DNA of 64,000 nt from positions 1,888,001-1,952,000 of the forward strand of contig CAVYGB010000008.1 in the NCBI GenBank assembly GCA_963767925.1, in the 5' to 3' direction. Shown piece by piece: positions 53,000 to 62,374 of this stretch (positions are counted from its first letter, which is position 1; every line of letters begins with the position of its first letter). The position numbers and the translations under genes were made by a program. A model generated the notes under the pieces. That model was not told the origin of the DNA. It did not search any database and was given only the letters and a program-made list of their open reading frames with translations. This DNA is from an uncultured delta proteobacterium. GTDB taxonomy: Bacteria; Myxococcota_A; Polyangia; Fen-1088.

Positions 53000-53348
53000 C
53001 AGACCTCGTGCGCGCCCGGCCCCCCGCTTGGCCGCCGCTCACCGCCTTCCGGAGCTCGAGCGCGCCCTCCTGGGAACGGTCGAGCGCGCGCGGCCCGGGA
53101 GAAGCTTGCCGCCCTGCGGGAGGCCCTCGGGAAGGACCGCGAGGCGTTCGCCAGGTCTTCCAGGCATCTTCTCCGGCGAGCTGCGCCTTGCCCCCACCGC
53201 AGCGGGCGACCGTAAGCGCTCGGCGATGGCCGGGAGCGCACGGCTCGACCAGCTCACCAATTCGAGTGACCCCACCGGGTCTTTTGAGTTGGTGAACCCG
53301 GTGATGCCGGTGGCGGTGGTGGCGCCACGACGGCGGATGGCGGTGTAG
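53000..53348 (+). pseudogene. C-terminal remnant of a large serine recombinase, with a tRNA-like att core
   Basis: Frameshifted coiled-coil ...ELERALLGTVER...REKLAALREAL...IFSGELRLAPT...SDPTG; GTGACCCCACCGGG at 53266-53279. Confidence 0.5.
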
Positions 53349-53490
53349 TACGGCGGTTGAATGCCTGAGGCAGGGGTCCGTGCGGCGATTGCCGAGCATG
53401 GTGGCCGCGTCTTCCGGGGCACCGAGCGCAGTGTGCCAAACGTAAGGCCCGGAACCGGACACCGGGCCGACAGACGGGTATCGTGTTCAC

Positions 53491-53709
53491 ATGGCGGTCG
53501 TTCTGAACTGGGACGGGAAGGAGGTTCCCGAGGAGTTGCGCACGCTCCCCAAGGGGCGCTACGTCATCGCACCGGTGGACGCCGTACCTGCGCTCACGGC
53601 CGATGAGGAGCAGGGATTGGAGGAGGCGCTCGACGCCCTGGACCGCGGCGAGGGCGTGGACCTCGACCAGGTCCGATCTGAACTCGACGAGCTCGTGCGG
53701 CGCCGTTGA
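53491..53709 (+). CDS. Putative antitoxin
   Basis: Small acidic protein (LTADEEQGLEEAL...RGEGV) overlapping the toxin start. Confidence 0.7.
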   Translation: MAVVLNWDGKEVPEELRTLPKGRYVIAPVDAVPALTADEEQGLEEALDALDRGEGVDLDQVRSELDELVRRR

Positions 53710-53992
53710 GGTTCACGCTCGCCCCCCAGGCGCGGCAGGACCTCCACTCGGCCGTCTCGTACTTGCTGGACAGGAATCCGGCTGCCGCCGTCGCCCTCAA
53801 GGACCAGTTGATCGGGACCATCGAGCAACTCGCCCGCGGCGACTTCGACGGTCCGGAGGTGCAGCTCCGGTCCGGCGGTGGGTCCGGAGTTGGCCGGTCC
53901 CACCGTACCGGATCTATTACCAGCGCACCGCCGACGTGCTGAGGGTCGTCCGCGTCTACCATCAAGCGCGCCGGCCAATCGTCCGGAGGTAG
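53706..53992 (+). CDS. RelE/ParE family toxin (frameshift near 53875)
   Basis: A-x-QDL...Y...NP-x-AA; PPYRIYY...VVRVYHQAR. Confidence 0.8.
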
Positions 53993-53997
53993 CCCGG

Positions 53998-54955
53998 TCA
54001 ACCACGTCGGCGGCTACCTTCGCCACCGCCGCTTCGACCTGTCGGACCAGGTCGCCCGGGCCGACCTGCGCCCCGGATCATGTCCGAGAAGGAGCGGCAG
54101 ACGAACCGGGGGTAATGCCTCTTCGTTACCAGCGGCGAGGAGTGGTTTACCGCCGCAGAGACCTCATCGAGGGGGACACCGGCTTCCAGGTTGTGACTGA
54201 TGAACGAGTGCCGGGTCGCCTCGTAGAAGGTCATGTCGGGCACCTCGCAGACAATCCGGGCGGCCTCCCAGCAACTCTGCACGAACTCCCTCCGGCCCCT
54301 GCCAGCTTGACGCACGCGGACGGTCACCCGGCTTTGTCGGCGTGAAGACCAGGTCCTCGCGCCCCGCCCCTTCCGCCCTCCGGCGCTGCAGCCATGGGCC
54401 GATCACCTTCTTCGTGTCCACGTGTGCGGGCACCATCTTGGCCTTGCTGTGGCCCCGCCAGTCTTCCTTCAGAGGTCCGATTCCGTCCTCCGCGGCACTC
54501 CCCCGCACCACGATGAGTCCCTCATCCACGAACGCGAAGTCGTGCATGCGCAGCGCCCGTGTCTCGGATGGTCGCAGTCCTGACCGGTTGCCGAGCCAGA
54601 AGACGTAGTTGACCGGCTCCGGCAGCGCGGTGAACAGCTTCTGGAATGTCTTCTCGTCCCGAATCCACGGCCGGTCCCTGTCCGGCGCCGGATGCGGTCG
54701 GCGCCCCGGGGGCACCGACCGGCAGGGATTCACCTCGGCGTGCCCCATCCCGATGGCCCAACTCCAGAATCGGGAAAGCAAGTTGAAGGCGTGCCGCTGT
54801 GACTGGCCACTACCTCCACTGCCCTTCAGGACTTGTAGCCATCTCATGACTGCGGCTACCGTCTGGCCGTCGCCCAGCGTGACGTCCCTCCAGACGGGGA
54901 CCACGTGCGCCTCGGCGCGCTTCCGGTCGTTCTTCGCGTTCCGGTTGGACATGCT
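53998..54955 (-). pseudogene. Tyrosine recombinase/integrase, N-terminus removed at the IS boundary, frameshift near 54297
   Basis: NPC, SGLRPSE, YEATRHSF, VNHSS-x-x-VTKRHY. Confidence 0.82.
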
Positions 54956-55068
54956 TGTCGACGGCAGCCTGAATCCGCATCGATCTGACGGTCGAGGTCG
55001 GACCGGCAGGAAAGTCGCGGAGACAGTGCCCGCGGTGTAGACGCACGCGCGCGGGAGCGGAAAGAGGT

Positions 55069-55098
55069 GGGGGACCGGGTCTTGCCACCCGGTCCCCC
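55069..55098 (+). other. Perfect 12-bp hairpin in the element 1 leader
   Basis: GGGGGACCGGGT-CTTGCC-ACCCGGTCCCCC. Confidence 0.8.
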
Positions 55099-55173
55099 GT
55101 GCGCGGATGGACGCGCGCTGGGAAGATCGCCCAGCTCGCGCCCGCCGTCCAGTTCCTCCGCTGCCGCGGGCGG

Positions 55174-55845
55174 ATGGACGAGCTCGAGTTCCTGGACCTG
55201 CGATGCGCGTGGTGCCTGCGGACCTTTCAGGTCTGCGTCCCCTGTTTCCGCGGGCAGCGGTATTGCACTGAGGACTGCCGCAAGCACGGCGACCTGCGAG
55301 CCCGGCGAGCGGCGAATGCCCGGCACCAATGTTCGGCTGAAGGCCGCGAGGATCACCGGGACCGCATGCGGGACCTGCGCGCTCGGCGGCGATGCCGCGT
55401 GACGGATACGGGTATCGAGAAATTTGCGTTCCTGGCTCCCTTGGTGCCGCCGGGTGCTCCGGCCTCCGCCATGCCGGCGGGATCCGCGGGCGACGGCCAA
55501 GGAGAGTCCGACGAGCCGATACACCGTGATGCTGTCGACGAGCATGAGCCGGACGCGCCTGCTCTTGCTGGATGGCCAGGACGAGCTGATGAGGGCGGTC
55601 CTGCCGCCCGGGCACCTGCTCCGTCAGCGCAGGGCAGCCAAGAGCCTGCTCGAGGGGATCTCGCTGTGGCTGGACGCCCAGGTCTCCGTTGTGCTGTCTG
55701 CGGACGAGGCGGAGGCCTCGTACTACCTGGACCTCGTCGACGAGCTCGGCACGCCAACCCGAAGCGTGTACTTCGACGTGCGGCTGGTCGACAAGGCCGG
55801 GCGCCGCCGGCCGCGACGTCTGCGCGGCGTGTGCGATTTCACTGA
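55174..55845 (+). CDS. IS-associated Cys-rich (Zn-finger-like) protein
   Basis: CAWC...CVPCFRGQRYC-x-x-x-CR; distal RCAVCGR; homologous to 61806-62261. Confidence 0.7.
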   Translation: MDELEFLDLRCAWCLRTFQVCVPCFRGQRYCTEDCRKHGDLRARRAANARHQCSAEGREDHRDRMRDLRARRRCRVTDTGIEKFAFLAPLVPPGAPASAMPAGSAGDGQGESDEPIHRDAVDEHEPDAPALAGWPGRADEGGPAARAPAPSAQGSQEPARGDLAVAGRPGLRCAVCGRGGGLVLPGPRRRARHANPKRVLRRAAGRQGRAPPAATSARRVRFH

Positions 55846-55888
55846 CCTGCGCCAACTGTCGCTCCTGGCCGACGGTGGTGCCCGATGA
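55511..55888 (+). CDS. IS-associated hypothetical protein (in-frame ACG at 55511 after RBS, or ATG 55529)
   Basis: AAGGAGAG RBS; stop overlaps the istA start (ATGA). Confidence 0.65.
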   Translation, partial: TSRYTVMLSTSMSRTRLLLLDGQDELMRAVLPPGHLLRQRRAAKSLLEGISLWLDAQVSVVLSADEAEASYYLDLVDELGTPTRSVYFDVRLVDKAGRRRPRRLRGVCDFTDLRQLSLLADGGAR

Positions 55889-57363
55889 CACTCGACCCCG
55901 AGCGTGAAGCCGAGATTCGCCGGCTCCATTACGCCGAGCATTGGCCGGTCGGCACGGTGGCGTCACAGCTGGGCGTGCACCCAGAGGCGGTCAAGCGCGT
56001 GCTGGGCCTGCTCGAGGCGCGCGCACCAGGCCCGCCACGACCGCGCATCGTCGATCCCTTCCGGTCCTTCGTGGAGCAGACCTTGTCCAAGTACCCCCGT
56101 CTGCGCTCGACGCGCCTGCACGACATGCTCGTCGCCCGGGGCTTCAAAGGCAGCGTCCGCACCCTGCGAGACTTCGTCGCCGGTGTGCGGCCCCGGCCAG
56201 CGCGAGAGGCGTACCTCCGCACCGACCCGCTCATCGGCGAGCAGGCCCAGGTGGACTGGGCGCACGTGGGGGATGTCGATGTCCGTGGTGGACGCCGCAC
56301 GCTCTGGCTCTTCGTCATGGTCCTCTCCTGGTCGCGCGCGCTCTGGGGCGAATTCGTCTTCGACCTCACCGTCTACTCCCTGCTTCGCTCGATGCTCCGC
56401 GCAGCCATCCACTTCGGTGGCAACTGCCGGCAGTGGCTCTTCGACAATCCCAAGACCGTCGTCCTCGGTCGGGTCGGCGAGGCCGTCCGCTTCCACCCGC
56501 TGCTGCTCGACTTCGCCGGCAAGATGTACGTCCAACCGCGCGCCTGCGCGGTCCGCAAGGCCAACCAGAAAGGTCGCGTCGAGAGGGCGATCCGTTTCAG
56601 CCGTGACCGCTTCCTCGCCGGTCGCGAAATCACGAGCATCGAGCAGGGCAACCGCGAATTCGCCGATTTCATGGCCGGCATCGCCCTCGATCGGCCCCAT
56701 CCCACCATCCCCAACCGCACCGTGCGCGATTGCTTCGAGGAGGAGAGGCACCGGCTGCTCGCACTTCCGCCGGCCCTGCCCGAGACCGACCTGGTCACGC
56801 CTGCGCGCGTGGACAAGACCGCGTTCATCCGCTTCGACGTCAACTCCTACTCCGTCCCCCCGCGCCACGTCCTCGAGACGCTCACCATCGCCGCAGACGA
56901 TCGCTGGCTCCGCGTCCTCGATGCCTTCGGCGCGACCGTCGCCAGGCACGCTCGCTGCTGGGGCCGGCGCCAGACCATCGAGCTGCCCGAACATCGTGAG
57001 GCCATTCTCGAGCAGAAGCGCGGCGCCCGCGAGCACAGGGGCCGCGACCGCCTGCGCGCCGCGGTCCCCGCGATCGACCGCCTCTTCGACCGTTGGCTGG
57101 AGATGGGCTGCAACGTCGGCAGCATGACGTCCCGAACCCTCGTCCTCCTGGACCTGTACGGCCGTGACCTATTCGCCGCTGCCGTGACCGACGTCCCGGC
57201 CCGCGGCACCTGGGACGTCGGCGCAATTTCGCAATTGTGCGAGCTGAGGCGCGTGGCCGCCACCCGCCCCGTGCCCGTCCCCGTTGCGCTCGGAGCCCAT
57301 GTGCCAGAGCGAGACGTGATCCCCCACGCCCTGGAGGGCTACGATGCCATTCGACGTCGTTGA
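55885..57363 (+). CDS. istA: IS21 family transposase
   Basis: GEQAQVDW, LFDNPK, KGRVER DDE triad; N-terminal HTH. Confidence 0.95.
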   Translation: MTLDPEREAEIRRLHYAEHWPVGTVASQLGVHPEAVKRVLGLLEARAPGPPRPRIVDPFRSFVEQTLSKYPRLRSTRLHDMLVARGFKGSVRTLRDFVAGVRPRPAREAYLRTDPLIGEQAQVDWAHVGDVDVRGGRRTLWLFVMVLSWSRALWGEFVFDLTVYSLLRSMLRAAIHFGGNCRQWLFDNPKTVVLGRVGEAVRFHPLLLDFAGKMYVQPRACAVRKANQKGRVERAIRFSRDRFLAGREITSIEQGNREFADFMAGIALDRPHPTIPNRTVRDCFEEERHRLLALPPALPETDLVTPARVDKTAFIRFDVNSYSVPPRHVLETLTIAADDRWLRVLDAFGATVARHARCWGRRQTIELPEHREAILEQKRGAREHRGRDRLRAAVPAIDRLFDRWLEMGCNVGSMTSRTLVLLDLYGRDLFAAAVTDVPARGTWDVGAISQLCELRRVAATRPVPVPVALGAHVPERDVIPHALEGYDAIRRR

Positions 57364-57959
57364 AGCTCTCCGCGACCTCGGATTCCGCTGCCCGACGGCC
57401 AGCATCACGGCCATGCTCGAGGAGGCCACCAAAGCCAAGCTTTCCCCGATCCAGGTCTGTGAGCGTCTCGCCAAGCTCGAGCGTCGCGAGCGCGACGCGC
57501 GTAATCTCGCCCGCCGCACACGCGCCGCCACCCTCGGTCCATTCGCCGCGCTCGACACCTTCGATTGGAATCACCCCGCAGCATCGACCGCGCGCTCTAC
57601 GAGCACCTGCTCGGCCTCGACTTCGTCGAAGCCGGTGAGAACGTCCTGCTCCGTGGCCAGAGCGGCGTCGGCAAGACCACGCTTGCCCAGAACCTCGCGC
57701 TTGCGGCGCTCAACGCCGGCCACCGCGTCCGCTTCTGCACCTTGGCCTCGGCCCTCACCGACCTGCTCAAGCAGGAGTCCTTGCCTGCCCTCGACCGCCG
57801 CCTGCGGCGCTACGTCCAACCCACCGTCCTCGTCCTCGACGAGCTTGGCTACTTGCCCTGCGACTCGCGATCGGCTGACCTGCTTTACACAATCCTCAGC
57901 CGCAGGCACCTCGTCCGGCCGACCGTGATCACGACGAACCTGGCCTTCAAGGAATGGGG
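57344..57959 (+). pseudogene. istB: IS21 helper ATPase IstB, frameshift near 57578, cut by element 2
   Basis: FDWNHP, GQSGVGKT, LDELGY, ITTNL-x-F-x-EWG, then an abrupt IR. Confidence 0.88.
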
Positions 57960-58274
57960 TGCTGGTGGCAGTGAAATCCTCCCCCGGCACGGCGGCCGAA
58001 ATCGCCTCGGGTGACGGAGAGGCGGATCGCGCGGTGACGCCGATTTCGGGCCCGACAGGGAATCGCTTTGGGTGCCCGGCGCGACCTGATTGGGCCGGAA
58101 GTTGCCTGGTAGGTCCGTGGCGAGGCGAAAGCCTGTAGTGGGGCCGCGAGGGCGCCAGGGCGATCTCAAGGGGGGCACGCGGATGGCGGAGGGTCGGCCG
58201 GGGAGGCGTGCCCCCCCTCCCGGGGCGCGGCTCGAGGCGGATCCCGAGACAGACGGCGCCCGCTCGGCGGTCGA

Positions 58275-58505
58275 TCAGAAGAGCGAGTCGTCCGGATCGT
58301 ACGACGGGGGATCGCTGTTCGAGGCGGGATCCTCAGCGACGTCGGGATCGGGCTCGGGCTGGAGGATCGCCTCGCGGTAGACCTGCCACAGCTCACCCTG
58401 GAGCTGCTCGAGGCAGTCGATGAGCGCCCCGGCCTCGCGCGGGCCGAGCGCGGGCAGCACGAGGGTGACGATGCGTGGTGGAGGCGCGGCTGGACGACTG
58501 CTCAC
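58275..58505 (-). CDS. Small IS-associated protein with acidic tail ending DPDDSLF
   Basis: GTG start overlaps the istB stop; helical core then acidic tail. Confidence 0.6.
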   Translation of the reverse strand: MSSRPAAPPPRIVTLVLPALGPREAGALIDCLEQLQGELWQVYREAILQPEPDPDVAEDPASNSDPPSYDPDDSLF

Positions 58506-59345
58506 GATCGCTCCGGGCGCTTCCGGTCGGCGTCTCGGTGGCCGCGATGGCCGGAGGGACGTCGACCTCGCTTCGGCGGCAGTGGGCCGGGGGACGAGTC
58601 TCGATCGACGCGGAAGCTCTTGGCGTCTTTGGGGAAGGTGAAGATGTGCGCGCCCTCGATGAGGCGGTCGAGGGCGGGTGTGACCTGGGAGGGACTGCCG
58701 AGCGCCTGTGGCCACTCCTCGAAGCCGAGGTTGGTGGCGAGGATGATCGAATCCGCGACGGTATCGGCGGGCGACGAGCTCGAAGAAGACGCCGGCGAAG
58801 TCGTGCTCGCGCTTGCGGGGACTGTTTCCTAGCTCGTCCACAATCAATAGATCCGGCTTGCACATCTCGTCGAGGATCTGGTCGAGCGTGTCGTCGGCGA
58901 GCGAGGCGTAGAGGCGGGTCAACAGCTCGTAGGCGCGGCAGAAGCGCACGCGGTAGCCAGCCTGACACGCGCGCACACCGAGGCTCACCGCCAGATGGGT
59001 CTTGCCCACGCCGCTCGGGCCGATCCACAGAACGGCCTGACGGCGGTCGACAAAGCCCAGCTCGGCGAGGTCGAGCACCTGCTTGCGGTCGAGGCTCGGC
59101 TGCTTCTTGAAATCGTAGTCTTCCAGCCGACAAATCTCGGGGAAGTCGGCCTGGCTGATCCGTTTTTGTGTGCCCGTCTCCTTGCGTGCCAACACCTCCG
59201 CCTCGGCGATGCGTGCAATGAACGCGAGGTGCCCGAGCTTGAGCGCGGCGGCCTGTCGAATGTGCTCGTCCAGATTCTGGGCGGCGTGGCGCAGCCCGAT
59301 CCTGCGCAGGTGCTCGTACAGGCGATCCATTTCTTCGCTAGCCAT
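58502..59345 (-). CDS. istB: IS21 helper ATPase IstB (frameshift near 58751)
   Basis: YDFKKQP, GPSGVGKTHLA, IVDELG; SIILATN...EEW...LDRL in another frame. Confidence 0.9.
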
Positions 59346-60915
59346 GCGCTCCTCCGTCTTCGTCGTCGGGATCCCCGCGCCGCTTGGGCGGCGGGGGCTC
59401 GGTGGATGGATGGCTCGCACGATCGCGGGCCAATCGCTCGTACGCGGCCAGGCTCCGCTGGAAAGATCCCGCGCCCTTGAGGAAGTCAGCCACGTGAGCG
59501 GGCACCGGGTCCGACGCTGGTACAACCGGACCGGGCGCTCCGGGCGGGCGCGGCGGATGACGGCCGGTCACGATCCGCGCGACCGCATTGTGATCGAAGG
59601 CGCCGTAGCGGGTCGCATGGCGCAAGGCCTCGGCCACGCGGATGACGCCGACTCTGTCGGCGAGCTGCAAGATTTTGCTCATGTGGTAGCCGGCCGCGCC
59701 CCCGCGCGCCTCGCGCAGGCCGGCGGCGAAATCCTCCGCGCCGCTGCCGAGCCGCAAGAATTGCTGGGCCAGCACGTGCCGGCTCGTGCTCCGCTGCCGA
59801 AACTCCGCCTCGTGCTCGGGCAAGATGACCCGCGGTCCGTCGGTACCGATGGCGTGCTCGGCGACGATCTGGCCATCGACATGCACCTCCATTCGCCCCT
59901 CGAGCACGTGCAGCCACGCGTCTTTGCCGGTCAGGCGCGGCGGCACCGAATAGCGGACGCTCTGCCAGGCGACACAGAAATCGTCGCCGACGAGCCGCGG
60001 GACCACCTCTGCCGCGACGAAGGCCTTGGGCGGCAAAGGCACCAGCTGCGGCCGCTCCTCGGCGAGAAGATGCGCGGGCTGCTGCCCCGTCGTACGGTGG
60101 TCGCGCACGTTTGCCCGGGCCAACCAGGCCACTGCCTGGTCGTTGAGATCGCCGAGATCGCGAAAGCGACGGCCCGCCAAGAAATTCTCCTCGGTGAAGC
60201 GAAAGGGCTCCTCCACCTTGCCCTTGCCCTCCTTGTACCCGGGGGCCAGCGGCACCGCCGTGAAGCCGTAGTGCTGCACCATCTTCTCGAACAGCGGGTG
60301 ATAGAGCACGCCGTCGCGGTAGCTCTCGAGCACGACTTGCTTCATCCGGTCGTAGAGGATCTCGTGCGGTACCCCGCCCGCTGCCTCGAAGGCCAGCACG
60401 TGACTGTGGCAGACGCTGTGCACTTCCGCCGACAGCGTGAAGCGCATGAACCGCCACCGGCTGAATCCCAGAACGAGAGAGAAGCACACGACCTTGGTGG
60501 GCACCTCGCCGAAGAGCACTGTGTATGGAGAGAGATCTACCTGTCCTTGCACGCCAGGCCCGGTCTCGAAGCGCAGGTGCGGACGTCGCCGGGTCTTGGG
60601 CCGAAAGCCGCGGATGTGCTTCTTGAGGATCGTGTAGCCGCCCTTGTACCCGACGGCCTCGATCTCCTCGTACACGCGGACCGCCGTCAGCTCCTGGTCG
60701 AGCACGAGCGACCGGATGAGCGGCCGGAATGGATCGAGCATCGACGGCCGTGGCTTCCTTTGCCGCACCTTTCGTCGCACCACCGCGCGCACCGTCTTCG
60801 GATCCACACCGAGCTCGCGCGCGATCGCGCGGATCGACTGACCCTCTGTCTTTAGCCGCTCGATGAGGACGTTGCGGCGGTCGCGTCGCTCGCGCCGGCG
60901 CTTGGTCGTTTCAAC
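59338..60915 (-). CDS. istA: IS21 family transposase (start codon unclear)
   Basis: SIRAIARELGV-x-x-KTVR HTH, RFET-x-PG-x-QGQVD, LYDRMK, KGKVE. Confidence 0.92.
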   Translation of the reverse strand, partial: VETTKRRRERRDRRNVLIERLKTEGQSIRAIARELGVDPKTVRAVVRRKVRQRKPRPSMLDPFRPLIRSLVLDQELTAVRVYEEIEAVGYKGGYTILKKHIRGFRPKTRRRPHLRFETGPGVQGQVDLSPYTVLFGEVPTKVVCFSLVLGFSRWRFMRFTLSAEVHSVCHSHVLAFEAAGGVPHEILYDRMKQVVLESYRDGVLYHPLFEKMVQHYGFTAVPLAPGYKEGKGKVEEPFRFTEENFLAGRRFRDLGDLNDQAVAWLARANVRDHRTTGQQPAHLLAEERPQLVPLPPKAFVAAEVVPRLVGDDFCVAWQSVRYSVPPRLTGKDAWLHVLEGRMEVHVDGQIVAEHAIGTDGPRVILPEHEAEFRQRSTSRHVLAQQFLRLGSGAEDFAAGLREARGGAAGYHMSKILQLADRVGVIRVAEALRHATRYGAFDHNAVARIVTGRHPPRPPGAPGPVVPASDPVPAHVADFLKGAGSFQRSLAAYERLARDRASHPSTEPPPPKRRGDPDDEDGGAHG

Positions 60916-61787
60916 GCGGACCCAAGCGCGGTCAGAAGTGTCGAGACCGCCGCCTTCGTCTGCCCCAGATCCTTGGCCAGCAGCCGATGATCTGCCTCCG
61001 GCGGTGGTGGATCCAGAAGCCCTGCCGTCCGCGGCGCCACTCCCTGCAGCAGGCGCAGCAGGCGCACCAGCTTCTGGCTCTGCGACGACAGCCGCGGATC
61101 CTGCGGCGGCTGCGACAGCTCCGGGTGCGCCTTGCTCAGCGCCGCCCTCGGCTCGCGCAGTAGGTACCGCCGCGCCTCCGGATCCGTCGCTCGCTGCCAC
61201 AGGCTCACCAGGATCTCGGTGTCCCGTGGCCCGAGCCCCGCGCTCTGAGCCGCCGCCGCGACCTCGAGTTGGTTGCCCGCGGGCAACGGCAGAAGCCGCC
61301 GCGCCACTCCCGGGTGCATCACCCCCACCTTGATCCCCTCCACCAACTCCGGGTGCAGCCGCTCCACCAGCCCGATCCGCCGCGACACCCAGCTCTTGTG
61401 TCGCTGTAGCATCTGGGCGATCTGAACCTGCGTCAGCCCCGTCGCCGCCAGCTCCCGCAGCACCAACGCCTCCTCCAGCTCTGTCATCGAGTGCGGGCCG
61501 CGATTGAGCGCCAGCATCGTCACCCACTGCCCCGCCTCGTCGAGCGGCATCACCCGCACCATCAGCGTCGGCCACCCAAGCGCCGTCGCCGCCTCCCTCC
61601 GCTTGAAGCCGTCCACCAACTCCAGCTTCCCCTCGCGGTCCACCGCCACCATCGGTTGCAGCTGCCCCTGCGCCGACAAGCTCTGCCGCATCCGCTCGAC
61701 CAGCGCTGGCCGCTGGCAACGCGCACGCCCGAGCGTCGTCCCCAGCATCGCGATCGGGCGCTGCTCGGCCGGGCTCGGCGCTACCAT
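60852..61787 (-). CDS. ParB/Srx-like N-terminal domain protein with HTH
   Basis: GQLQP, LVDGFKR, LTQVQIAQMLQRHKSWVSRR HTH. Confidence 0.85.
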   Translation of the reverse strand: MVAPSPAEQRPIAMLGTTLGRARCQRPALVERMRQSLSAQGQLQPMVAVDREGKLELVDGFKRREAATALGWPTLMVRVMPLDEAGQWVTMLALNRGPHSMTELEEALVLRELAATGLTQVQIAQMLQRHKSWVSRRIGLVERLHPELVEGIKVGVMHPGVARRLLPLPAGNQLEVAAAAQSAGLGPRDTEILVSLWQRATDPEARRYLLREPRAALSKAHPELSQPPQDPRLSSQSQKLVRLLRLLQGVAPRTAGLLDPPPPEADHRLLAKDLGQTKAAVSTLLTALGSALKRPSAGASDATAATSSSSG

Positions 61788-61805
61788 TGTCTCGCTCTCC
61801 TCTCG

Positions 61806-62261
61806 TCATGGGGGGCAGTGATCGGACGGGGGCCATCGTCGCGGCGGTCTCTGCGCCCATCCCACCCGCCCGCACCGCATGCAATGCCCCCGTCGCGGCC
61901 ATGGAGCCACGTCGACAACCCGCGCGGCTACAGCCTGATCTATGTCGATCTTCGGGTCCGGTACCGCCGTGGCCGTGCTCGACGCCGGTGACGGCGCCGA
62001 GATGGCGGCCGCCGCGGGCAGCTCCGCCGCTGGGCGCCTCTGTCGCAAGCCGCTGCGGTAGGCCTCGCACGCTGCCGCTCGACGGAGTCGCCCCCCGGGT
62101 GTCGACATGTACTGGGCCTGCGCTCGCCGGCACTGCTCCCGACGTGCACGCTCCCGGCAGCCACCGCCGCAGTAGCGCTGTCCGCAATAGCAGCGGCGGC
62201 ACATGAAAAACGGCCGACCGCACTCCGGCCGGGCGCACTCGAGAACACGTAGAGGAGCCAC
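61806..62261 (-). CDS. IS-associated Cys-rich (Zn-finger-like) protein
   Basis: CARPEC...CRRCYCGQRYC-x-x-x-CR; C-terminal HCMRCGR. Confidence 0.7.
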   Translation of the reverse strand: MAPLRVLECARPECGRPFFMCRRCYCGQRYCGGGCRERARREQCRRAQAQYMSTPGGRLRRAAACEAYRSGLRQRRPAAELPAAAAISAPSPASSTATAVPDPKIDIDQAVAARVVDVAPWPRRGHCMRCGRVGWAQRPPRRWPPSDHCPP

Positions 62262-62343
62262 TCGTCCCTGCGACAGGCGCTGGACGAGACGCAGGGACTG
62301 TGCGAAATCGGACCTACCGGATCGCGTCCCTGCGTTTCGGCCC

Positions 62344-62374
62344 GAGGGCTCGGAGCTACCAACTCCGGGCCCTC
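62344..62374 (-). other. 12-bp hairpin in the element 2 leader
   Basis: Plus strand GAGGGCTCGGAG-CTACCAA-CTCCGGGCCCTC (one G-T pair). Confidence 0.75.

Larger units (their letters stand above)
54956..57959 (+). mobile_element. IS21-family element 1 (truncated; far end lost)
   Basis: Starts TGTCGACGGCAG at the integrase break; carries istA-istB plus two upstream ORFs. Confidence 0.85.

Noticed and set aside
53255..53300. Intact tRNA gene
   Set aside because: Only ~14 nt resemble a tRNA 3' end; there is no TTCGA loop or cloverleaf.
59338..62238. 966-aa ORF as one giant transposase
   Set aside because: The N-terminal ~440 aa is Ala/Gly-rich off-frame read-through of the ParB and Cys-rich genes; only the part from ~60915 looks like IstA.
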